A DNA stretch of 64,000 bases from Dipteris shenzhenensis. Its lineage: Eukaryota. Numbering within the stretch: position 1 is the stretch's first letter; each line of letters begins with the position of its first letter. Positions 12,386 through 23,180 of the stretch are shown here, one piece after another. The stretch lies in the NCBI GenBank assembly GCA_047967505.1, contig CM106538.1; one strand, given 5' to 3'. Position numbers and translations under genes: made by a program. Below the pieces are notes generated by a model. That model was not told the DNA's origin. It did not search any database and saw only the letters and a program-made list of their open reading frames with translations.

Positions 12386-13640
12386 TGATAGGCACCCAGA
12401 GTCGCACAAAATGACATAAGAAACGAAGGGGAAAAGAGTGGGAGGGCAGAAAGTCTTGTGGGGGTTAAAGGTCACTGTGCCTTAACCCCAGTTATGTACA
12501 ATACTCAAACACATATATAAATGAATGAAAAAGAAGATTAGGGTGGTTCTGCACCCACCAAACTTGTGTGGTTCTCTGTCTCTCTCTCTCCTTCTTCCGT
12601 TCTTGCTTCCGTTGAGAGCACTCTCAACTGGTATCAGAGCCCGGGTGATCTAGCTGAGCATGCGTGAATGCTTGGAAGCTCAGCAACTCTGTGGGAGGAA
12701 GGAGAAGCTCTGTGGGAAGCTTTGTGGGTGACTTTACTTGCATCCGAGTGTGCAGAGACCTTGGCGAAACCTTTGGAAAAGTCACTTTGGCTTTGCGAAG
12801 TGGTTTTGAGAGCCTGTTAAGTGGTTTCAAAGAAAAAGTCGTTTTTTGAGCTTTTCCCTGTTCCGTTCGATGACAGAGACACTGTATTGACTTGTAGAGG
12901 CAACTATTGCTTGCTTTTGGTGTCCACATTACTTCAGGAGCTTGGAAACACCTTCATTCTTGAATCCGGGATCATTTCATTGGATTTCTGGCTCTCTGTG
13001 TCAGTTTCTGCGTTTTTTGCCCGGGTGTTGGAACTCAAGTTTGGAGCAACCATTTGTAGATTTGTCAGTTCCGATGGACTCAGGAGGTCCTAAAACTGCT
13101 ATGTTGCTCATCATTCGCACTCCGATGGAGTTTACAAACAGCTCTGTTTCCAAAAACATTTTTCAGTCCGTGTGTTGGACCCAGTGATTGAGACCACGGT
13201 TTCCAAAACCGTCTGTCCCATTGCGTTCCGGATGCCCAAAAACCCCTACCTGTCAGTTCTTGTGCAATTCGGTGGAGGATTTTTAGAGTTATAGATCTCT
13301 GTGTATTCGATTTCGTCTCTCTGTTATGCATTTTTCATTCTAAGGTTTTGAAACCTTAGATTTATGCCACATGGCAGTGGATAACTGTTGACTCCCATTT
13401 CTCACTCATCGGTTGGGATTTTGGAGTTCTGGCAGAAGAGAGATACTTGCAGATTTTCTTGCTGAGTCCGATTATGCAATGGCGCCCATGTTTTGAGGCA
13501 TCTCAGGTTCTATTTTCAGTAGCGCTCATTACCGTGGGACTATGATTTCTTGAGCATACCTTATGTAGATCACTCTGGTTGCAGTTTGAGCAGTGTGCGC
13601 TCATTCGTGGTATGCATTGGGTTGCAGTGGATGATTTATA
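12386..13640 (+). mobile_element. 5' fragment of an LTR retrotransposon (LTR end, tRNA-iMet PBS, leader)
   Basis: TGGTATCAGAGC at 12629-12640, 2 nt after ...CTCTCA. LTR start is a guess. The leader is cut by the satellite at ~13640. Confidence 0.6.
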
Positions 13641-16600
13641 GCATGCATGAGCATGAGCTTATGCTTAAGTTTCCCCCTTCTTTATGCTTCTATTTCCGCA
13701 TAAGCTTATGCTTATGCATGACCTTATGCGGAAATAGAGAATGAGAGAAGCATAAGCTCATGCTTATGCTTCTCTCATTCTCTATTTCCGCATAAGCTCA
13801 TGCTTATGCATGAGCTTATGTGGAAATCGAGAATGAGAGAAGCTTATGCAGAAACTCATTCTCTATTTCCGCATAAACTTATTCTCTATTTCCGCATGAG
13901 CATAAGCATGAGCTTATGCTTATGCTTATGCTTATGCATAAGCATAAGCATAAGCTCATGCTTATGCTCATGCATGAGCATGAGCTTATGCTTAAGTTTC
14001 CGCATAAGCTTATGCTTATGCATGAGCTTATGCGAAAATAGAGAATGAGAGAAGCTTATGCAGAAACTCATTCTCTATTTCCGCATAAGCTCCTTCTCTA
14101 TTTCCGCATGAGCATAAGCATGAGCTTATGCTTATGCTTATGCTTAAGAATAAGCATAAGCATAAGCTTATGCTTATGCTCACTGCTTAAGTTTCTACAT
14201 AAGCTCATGCTTATGCATGAGCTTATGCGGAAATAGAGAATGAGAGAAGCTTATGCGGAAACTCATTCTCTATTTCCGCATAAGCTCCTTCTCTATTTCC
14301 GCATGAGCATAAGCATGAGCTTATGCTTATGCTTATGCTTATGCTTAAGCATAAGCATAATCTTATGCTTATGCTCATGCATGAGCATGAGCTTATGCTT
14401 AAGTTTCCGCATAAGCTCATGCTTATGCATGAGCTTATGCAGAAATAGAGAATGAGAGACGCTTATGCGGAAACTTATTCTCTATTTTCGCATAAGCTCC
14501 TTCTCTATTTCCGCATGAGCTTATGCTTAAGTTTCTGCATAAGCTCATGCTTATGCATGAGCTTATGCGGAAATAGAGAATGAGAGAAGCTTATGTGGAA
14601 ACTCATTCTCTATTTCCGCATAAGCTCCTTCTCTTTTTCCGCATGAGCATAAGCTCATGCTTATGCTCATGCATGAGCATGAGCTTATGCTTAAGTTTCT
14701 GCATAAGCTTATGCTTATGCATGAGCTTATGCAGAAATAGAGAATGAGAGAAGCTTATGCGGAAACTCATTCTCTATTTCCGCATAAGCTCCTTCTCTAT
14801 TCTCGCATGACCATAAGCATGAGCTTATGCTCATGCATGAGCTTATGTGGAAATAGAGAATGAGAGAAGCTTATGCGGAAACTCATTCTCTATTTTCGCA
14901 TAAGCTCCTTCTCTTTTTCCGCATGAGCATAAGCTCATGCTTATGCTCATGCATGAGCATGAGCTTATACTTAAGTTTCTGCATAAGCTCATGCTTATGC
15001 ATGAGCTTATGCGGAAATAGAGAATGAGAGAAGCTTATGTGGAAACTCATTCTCTATTTCTGCATAAGCTCCTTCTCTTTTTCCGCATGAGCATAAGCAT
15101 GAGCTTATGCTCATGCATGAGAATGAGCTTATGCTTAAGTTTCCGCATAAGCTCATGCTTATGCATGAGCTTATGCGAAAATAGAGAATGAGAGAAGCTT
15201 ATGCGGAAACTCATTCTCTATTTCCGCATAAGCTCCTTCTCTATTTTCGCATGAGCATAAGCTCATGCTTATGCTCATGCATGAGCTTATGCAGAAATAG
15301 AGAATGAGAGAAGCTTATGCGGAAATAGAGAATGAGAGAAGCTTATGCTTATGCTTAAGCATAAGCATAAGCATAAGCTCATGCTTATGCTCATGCATGA
15401 GCTTATGCGGAAATAGAGAATGAGTTTCCGCATATGCGGAAATAGAGAATGAGAGAAGCTTATGCGGAAACTCATTCTCTATTTCCGCATAAGCTCCTTC
15501 TCTTTTTCCGCATGAGCATAAGCATGAGCTTATGCTTAAGCATAAGCATAAGCATAAGCTCATGCTTATGCTCATGCATGAGCATGAGCTTATGCTTAAG
15601 TTTCCGCATAAGCTCATGCTTATGCATGAGCTTATGCGGAAATAGAGAATGAGAGAAGCTTATGCGGAAACTCATTCTCTATTTCCGCATAAGCTTCTTC
15701 TCTTTTTCCGCATGAGCATAAGCATGTGCTTATGCTTATGCTTATGCTTAAGCATAAGCATAAGCATAAGCTCATGCTTATGCTCATGCATGAGCATGAG
15801 CTTATGCTTAAGTTTCTGCATACGCTTATGCTTATGCATGTGCAGAAATAGAGAATGATCGAAGCTTATGCGGAAACTCATTCTCTATTTCTGCGTAAGC
15901 TCCTTCTCTTTTTCCACATGAGCATAAGCATGAGCTTATGCTTCTATTTCCGCATAAGCTTATGCTTATGCATGAGCTTATGCGGAAATAGAGAATGAGA
16001 GAAGCATAAGCTCATGCTCATGCTTATGCTTCTCTCATTCTCTATTTTTGCATAAGCTCATGCTTATGCATGAGCTTATGCGAAAATAGAGAATGAGAGA
16101 AGCTTATGCGGAAACTCATTCTCTATTTCCGCATGAGCATAAGCATGAGCTTATGCTTAAGTTTCCGCATAAGCTCATGCTTATGCATGAGCTTATGCGG
16201 AAATAGAGAATGAGAGAAGCTTATGCGGAAACTCATTCTCTATTTCCGCATAAGCTCCTTCTTTATTTCCGAATGAGCATAAGCATGAGCTTATGCTTAA
16301 GTTTCCGCATAAGCTTATGCAGAAATAGAGAATGAGAGAAGCATAAGCTCATTCTCTATTTTGGCATAAGCTCCTTCTCTATTTCCGCATGAGCATAAGC
16401 ATGAGCTTATGCTCATGCATGAGCATGAGCTTATGCTCATGCATGAGCATGAGCTTATGCTTTAGTTTCCGCATAAGCTTATGCTTATGCATGAGCTTAT
16501 GTGGAAATAGAGAATGAGAGAAGCTTATGCTTCTCTCATTCTCTATTTTCGCATAAGCTCATTCTCTATTTCCCACTCTATTTCCCCCTTCTCTCATTTC

Positions 16601-17230
16601 CCCCTTCTCTCCTTCTCTATTTCCGCATAAGCTCATGCTTATGCTTATGCGGAAATAGAGAAGGAGAGAAGCATAATAGAGAATGAGAGAAGCATAAGCT
16701 TATGCTTATGCTTCTCTCATTCTCTATTATGCTTCTCTCCTTCTCTATTTCCGCATAAGCATAAGCATGAGCTTATGTGCTCTCATTCTCTATTTCCACA
16801 TAAGCTCATTCTCTATTTCCGCATAAGCTTATGCTTATACTTCTCTCATTCCCCCTCATCTCTTTCCCCCTTCTCTCATTCGCATAAGCTTTCCCCCTTC
16901 TCTATTTTCGCACAAGCTTTCTCTTATGCATGAGCTTATGCGGAAATAGAGAATGAGAGAAGCTTCTCTCATTCTCTATTTCCACATAAGCTCATTCTCT
17001 ATTTCCGCATAAGCTTATGCATAAGCATGAGCTTATGCGGAAATAGAGAATGAGAGAAGCATAAGCATGAGCTTATGCTTCTCTCATTCTCTATTTCCGC
17101 ATAAGCTCATTCTCTATCTCCACATAAGCTTATGCTTATGCTTCTCTCATTCCCCCTCATCTCTTTCCCCTTCTCTATTTCCCCCTTCTCTCATTCTCTA
17201 TTTCCGCATAAGCATAAGCATGAGCTTATT
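13640..17230. repeat. Hairpin/palindromic satellite of GCATAA/GCATGA hexamers and a GGAAATAGAGAATGAG module in both orientations
   Basis: About 18-20 units of variable length (~115-215 bp), most containing GAGCTTATGCGGAAATAGAGAATGAG-17nt-CTCATTCTCTATTTCCGCATAAGCTC (e.g. 14219-14287). Confidence 0.95.
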
Positions 17231-17408
17231 CTCTCTAACTCTTCTTCTCTATTTCCCTTTTCTTCCTCTTCTCTTTCCTTTCCCTCTTCTTTCCTTTCCA
17301 TCTTCTTTCCCTCTTTCCTTTCCCTCTTCTTTCTTCTCGCCTATGCCTATGCCTATGCTTATGTTTGTTTTTTTGTTTTCTGTTTTCGTGTTTGTGTCTA
17401 TGTTAGAC

Positions 17409-18962
17409 ATGGGATCATGTCGCTCATCCGACGAGTACGGACAGCCTCGCAAGAGGAGAGCTCACAATCTATATGCTCCAGAGGACTTTGATTCCTCTCA
17501 AGCGACTACCTCGAGGACTACCCCTGGTCCGACTCCTCATGGACCTAGCACTACGACTACCCCTGGTCCGACTCCTCTTCCACGTAGCACTACGACTACC
17601 CCTCGGGGAACTCCTTTGCTAGCCGCGCATGGCTTTATCAGGAGTCCCGATGAGTTTGTAGCGTAGATGAGCGATGAGGAAGTAGCGAGATTCTTCTCTC
17701 TGCTCTCTCAAAGGATCTCAGCAATTCCTTCCCATACACCGACGGGTGGACGTACTACCCAACCATCCCCTTGTGCCCCTTCGACCACGGGATCATCACC
17801 TGCGCATGCCTCTCGCAAGGGAAGGAAGAGTAGGATGGGCGGCTCATGTGGTGCTGACTCAGGAGATGTAGACGAGTCAGCACACTCATGCTCCTTTAGG
17901 TCTCCACTTGGTCCGGAGACACAGTATCTCAATCAGGTCCCTTTCCCTCTCCTACTCCACTGCTACTCCTCGCTCCGGAAGTGCTCGCGCAGCTTCCACT
18001 CCTTCAGACTCTGCTACCGTCAATCCCCCTTACTCATCAGGGGATCTCTCCTATCAAATCACATTTGCCGGAGAGATAATAGAAGATAAAAAGGGCAAAG
18101 CAGTGATGGCCACCATGAGGAGGTTGATGAGTCATCACTTCAAGAGCGGCATAAATACCGATTGGCAGTATCAAGATGCCCAAAAGAAGCAGGTGGTGAT
18201 CGATGAGTTAAAACAAAGATACCCTAATCCACCAAATGTGGAGTTTATTTGACGATTATATGCGAGAGCGCATGGGTTTGGTCCTGAAGCATCGTAGATC
18301 AACCTTGAGTACTTCCATTATAAAGGGGTTGGCTAAACCCAGCTGGGCAAACAAAGCTGATTGGAAGTACTTCAAGAAGCAACATAGGGACCATCCCAAA
18401 ATGTTCGAGGGTCAGAGGAGGGTTGCGAAGAGATGGCTGGATGTCGTAGGTACTTCGCACTTTGGTGCAGGCAGACGGTATACGTTGGAGGCAACCGTGG
18501 TAAGTCTACTTCTTCTCATTTAATGTATTGTTCTATTTGTTTTACTTACATATTACATGCACTTTAGCTAACTCTAACTCTCGTAAATTGGATCCACAGC
18601 AAGCTGCGATGGGTCATCTTCCTACAGATGCAGAGACACGACGTACATTTTGGATAGGAACAAAGCCGTGGTTCATTGAGCAAGAGGCAGTGGGAGCGAC
18701 AGTCGATTGGGCTGAGGTGGCTGCTCGTACGGTATAAGTTTACTCCTACTTGTAATCTCACTTTTTAATTTAAGTTCCAATCTAATTTTCGATTTATATG
18801 GTTCACTCTTAGGGTCAAAGCTCAAGCGTCCCATCATTGGAGGCAAGCAATCAGCAGGGCCAAGGATCCGACGCAGGTGGCGAGGATGAGGGAGAAGACA
18901 CAGGTGTCGAGGACCAAGGAATAGGCCAACAAGATGAAGATGATTTGGATTCGGATGAGTAG
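17409..18962 (+). pseudogene. TnpA-like (Transposase_24-type) ORF2 of copy B, three coding exons
   Basis: TTAG|ACATGGGA start; T/P-rich N-terminus; 'DWQYQDAQKKQVVIDELKQRYP', 'KPSWANKADWKYF..GTSHFGAG'; GT-AG introns at ~18500-18599 and ~18732-18812; acidic tail. One stop (17664) and two frameshifts. Confidence 0.75.
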
Positions 18963-19739
18963 TGGTAGTAGCATTTTGTATATCCGCTCGTTTGAGCAAT
19001 TTTGTATCGCCCTTTCGATAGGATAATTTTGTTACAAACACTGTTGTATATGTCCGACATGTATATGCATTTGTTACTCATCATTTCACAAGAACAATTT
19101 TGTATCACCCTGCAAGCAAGGGAAATTTTGTTATAAAAAACTTTCTTTTGTAATTACAAAAAAAAAAAGGATTAGTGGGGCTAAACAGGGCCAAAAGGAA
19201 GCCCTGTTTAGCCCCACTAACCCTTTTTTTTTACTTCTGTTAATCGTCGCTATATAGCGACGTTTACCAGTGTCGCTATATAGCGATGATTAACAGTGTC
19301 ACTATATAGCGACGTTTTTAGTGTCGCTATATAGCGACGTTTGCCAGTGTCGCTATATAGCGATGCTTTATAACGATGGTCCTTTTCCGACGCTTTTAGC
19401 GACACTTATAGTGACATTTGCGCCCGTGAAAAAAAAAATTTAATGTAAAAAGCGTCGGTATTTCCATCGAAAAATGGCCTATGCCTTGTAGTGAGTGCAA
19501 GGGCTCATCGATTGGTATTTTATTCACCGTGCAGTGTTGTATTACATCGTGCGGTATATTCAGCCTAAAACTGCACAGTGTTATGATACATCGAGTGATA
19601 TTTAGCCAATCAACCGCTGGTTATTAAAAACATTTTTTTAATGCATTTTGAATGTCCACAAGCGTTTTAAAATTAAAAAAACGTACTTTTCTTTTAAAAA
19701 ACGTACTAAAAATATCCTAGTGGATTGGTTTAGGACACT

Positions 19740-20445
19740 GTCACAATTTCAACCACTGGGCTGGTTTAGCCTGATAGTCTCAACTTCACATATTAGACAA
19801 TAACAAGCATATTACTTTTCATTTCTGAATTTCACTATTAGAAAATAACTTTCTCAATTATAAAATAATTATATATTACTTTTCATTTTTGAATTTCACA
19901 ATTTCAATCAATAAAATATGTTTGTATCTTGAACCAACAGTGGGCTCGTTTAGAACATTCACATAAGTCCAAGCCATCCCAGTCTAGAAATTAAGTGGTA
20001 TATGAACCGAATAGTAGGAAATTAAATTTAACTAATTTAAGTACCAAGAAACACAGTAATTTCAACCAATGTCTATTCAACCACGTTGGGTCAAGACAAT
20101 CACATAATTGGTGATTGAGCTAAAGCAGCCACGGTTGCATGATGTTTCAACCACTAGGATGGTTTAGTAAAATAACAATATATTGCCATTCTATTGCAAA
20201 ATATATTGCTGTTAATTTTTGCTCAACCACGCCACTGGGTTGGTCAACACCTAATGTCTATTTAGCCATGCTAGTTCAGGACATTCACATAACTGGTGTT
20301 TTAACTGAACCAGCCAATGGTTGCATGATGTTCCAACCAGGTGCTAGTTTAGAACAATCACATTTATTCCAAGCCTAGTTTAAGAAATGAAACAAGTAAA
20401 CTATCCCAAAGCTTAATCACAAACACCCACTAGACTGGTTTAGGC
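19740..20445. repeat. Degenerate CAACCAC...GGTTT repeats including an ~185-bp-period duplication
   Basis: Motif at ~19750, 20078, 20148, 20224 and 20334; 20096-20172 resembles 20281-20358. Probably the subterminal region of another DNA transposon. Confidence 0.5.
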
Positions 20446-21355
20446 ACCACTGACCTACGTTGTATCAAGCATGTGTATGATGTGCTCATCAAACACATTG
20501 TGTCTCATCTACTTTTAACATATGTCCTTTCTTTTGGGAGAAACTCTCATATTTTTGTGCCAAAACTTCATCACTCTAGCAATGACTCCTGCTGCACTTA
20601 GGCTATCTATCCCTTTCTTGTGTTCTATTGAAGCCCACAGACTTCTCGAATGGGCATGATCATGCATTGCTTCTACTCTATGTTTAACCACCGCTAGAGC
20701 CATGTGACACCTTTTGATTAACAACATCTTCGACATTGTGCACCTAAGCGATTTCTCCTTTGTTTCAATGGGACACCAACATAGCTAATGTCACTCTCTT
20801 TGCCACTAGTTGATCTAAGATGTGTAGCCCTTTCACTGTCTATAGACAATTTCTCAAGCTAGAGAGCATCACCTCTTGGGTGTGCATCTCCCAGGGTATT
20901 GGAAGGGTTGTTATTCTATGAACTTTAGGGTGCATGATAAAGCTTGTGAAGACTCAAGAATATTATTCAGTTGGATGGCTTGATGTTGTTGTCTAGAATG
21001 TTCCCACCAATTGTGACTCCACAACTCGTGTTCTTCACTTCGATGGAAACGAGGATGGCAATGATCAAATTCATGCCTCTACAAACTGCTTCCTAGTGCT
21101 ACTTTGCAAGGATTCTTCTTTCTTCTCATTGTGTCTCCCTTTGAAAATGTAAGTTTCTTCCGTTGCCATTTCGATACCATGTCATTGCTTTCCTCTTAGT
21201 TCCTTGTGCCTTGATTAGGCTTTTCATATTTCGTGTGATATCACAGCCTCTATCTGCTTCTCTTGCAAGCCATGGTGAGCTACATGTTGCAATTGATGCC
21301 ATGGCCATGAATAGTCCAAAATAGACCTTGGGGGATTCACCTCATAAAATTTTAG

Positions 21356-21555
21356 TGTACCACGTGCATTCAAAAGGAGGGCTATTTGAATTTAACTTTT
21401 TGGAAAATTTTAACAGGTTTACAATAACAGGAGGGGTTTTCTAATTCACATTTAGAAAAAAATCATTTAGTTCATAAGTAAAGAGTGGTGTTTTTATTGG
21501 GGCTAAAAATTTAGTTGAGGGTTTTTTTTAATACCCCTTGAATGCACGTGATACA
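21356..21555. mobile_element. Candidate 200-bp MITE
   Basis: Ends TGTACCACGTGCATTCAA and TTGAATGCACGTGATACA (17/18 inverted match), AT-rich interior, no clear TSD. Confidence 0.5.
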
Positions 21556-22399
21556 TAAGGTTTCTAGGTAGTGCATCCCGCGAGGAATAGACTAGAGAAG
21601 CGCCGGCTCCTGCACAAAATTCCTCCAACCAACTTCGCTCGGCCCCTGCTCGACAAGTTCTTGCGCATTGCTATGATCACAATTCCCAATGGCGAGCTGA
21701 GTTTGTATGTCGATTATGCTGCGAGTTGTAATTTTCTAGTACTTTTAATCCGAGTTGTAGGAGTCGCTCAAATCATCAGGTTGGAATACAAAAACAGGGA
21801 TTGCCTCTCTCAGCATTAACTGACGGGAAAGCCTCTACTGGTACATAAATTATTCTTTCATTGTGAATTGAATACTTTCGTAGAGCTTTTCTTCCTCTCG
21901 GATGGTAGCTCCTAATAGTTGCTTTGCCGAGTCGAACCACGTAGGCCATGTTTTTTGGTCTCGAAGCTCCCATTGTAGAGAAATGCTAGAATCGAGGCCA
22001 AGGATTGTGGCCTACATGTTCCTCACCTGCTGCAATGCAACATGCGGAGTACTCTGATCTTAGTCTTGTTTCAAAAATACTTTATGTTTTGTTATGTTCG
22101 AAAGAGAAATACATGATTTTCAATGATTTCCTTTAGATTATGATATGTTTTAGATGCTTCTTTCTTACGCATGCACATTCATGTACACATGCATTACTTT
22201 GACATACTTAGATTCGTACGAGTAAAAGTAATAATGCACAACATCCTTCATGTTGAAATGGCATATCTCCAATGCATAGCAAGTTATCATTTCTTGTGCG
22301 CACTAATCTATTCGTCATATACCATCCTAATGGGTTGTTGTGAGCATCCATCATGTAGGTCCATCTATGGCGTATTATTTTCCTTTCTCCTTCCATGGA

Positions 22400-23000
22400 T
22401 TTCAAGTTAATGGTCCTCCCCATTTTCATAACCAATCACTACCCTTGCAAAGTGCCATGGCCTCACAAACTCCCTCTTCAATCTTGTGCTTAATGCCTCC
22501 CCAAATGTCCAACCTTCTGTGGCTTCCAATTGTCAATCTTAACATGGATTCACAAGAATCCTTCATGGACATAGTGCCATCATCCCAAATTGAGGAATTG
22601 CAACCTCCGCCATAGCCTTGTTCTACTACTCCAACCATTCCAAGATCCAATTCCATCATTTCGGAAGTGCCACAAACAAGTGAGATGAGTGCAAAATCCA
22701 AAGTCAGAACATCAAAAGTACTAAAGGAGAGTGATGGGGATGGAAAAATGATTTGGTCTATAGAGGATGTTGAGATTCTATACATGTGCAAGGCTACTTT
22801 TGATAAATGCCACAAAGAGGGTGGTCTCATGCGGAAGTTAAAAATGCATGAGGAGCAGTGGCAACGAATTGCCAGAGATTGCAGTGAGAAAGGGCTAAAG
22901 ATGACGTCTAGATGCAACCTGTGCCACAATGAAAGAAGGACAAGAGTGTCTTCAAATTGGATTTAGACACGCATAAGCACATCTTGGGTTGTCTTGGAGC
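22400..23000 (+). pseudogene. Myb/SANT-like (trihelix) DNA-binding protein remnant, likely the PIF/Harbinger accessory ORF
   Basis: 'IWSIEDVEILY..EEQWQRIARDCSEKGLKMTSRC' fits the Myb/SANT-like W..E..L / W..IA..G pattern; disrupted frame. Confidence 0.55.
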
Positions 23001-23180
23001 GATGAACGAGGATGAGTGAGATAGTACTAAGAAAATGTATGTAATCTCATTGCAAGGAAGTAATATGTCTACTTGTCCTACAAAATGGAATTTGTATTGA
23101 GATTGCTTCTTTTTAGTATATCCCAAACAACAACCGTGCTGGTTTTATTAAATTGTTTTTGTAAATCCCAAAAGGTAAAA

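Larger units (their letters stand above)
13640..19493 (+). mobile_element. CACTA family copy B: expanded intron satellite, TnpA-like gene and TIR
   Basis: Ends CCTATGCCTTGTAGTG (19478-19493) after ~5 TCGCTATATAGCGA motifs (~19247-19365). Confidence 0.9.

Noticed and set aside
13640-17230. CRISPR-like look of regularly spaced palindromic repeats, and M/L/C/S-rich ORFs
   Set aside because: The intervening sequences are the same modules rather than unique spacers; no cas genes; eukaryotic context.
3604-19493. Single intact 15.9-kb CACTA element
   Set aside because: Both ends are the same end type and the 3-bp flanks differ (ATG vs AGT).
20500-21310. Possible LINE zf-RVT remnant on the minus strand
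   Set aside because: Only a vague motif resemblance across frames; too degraded to support.
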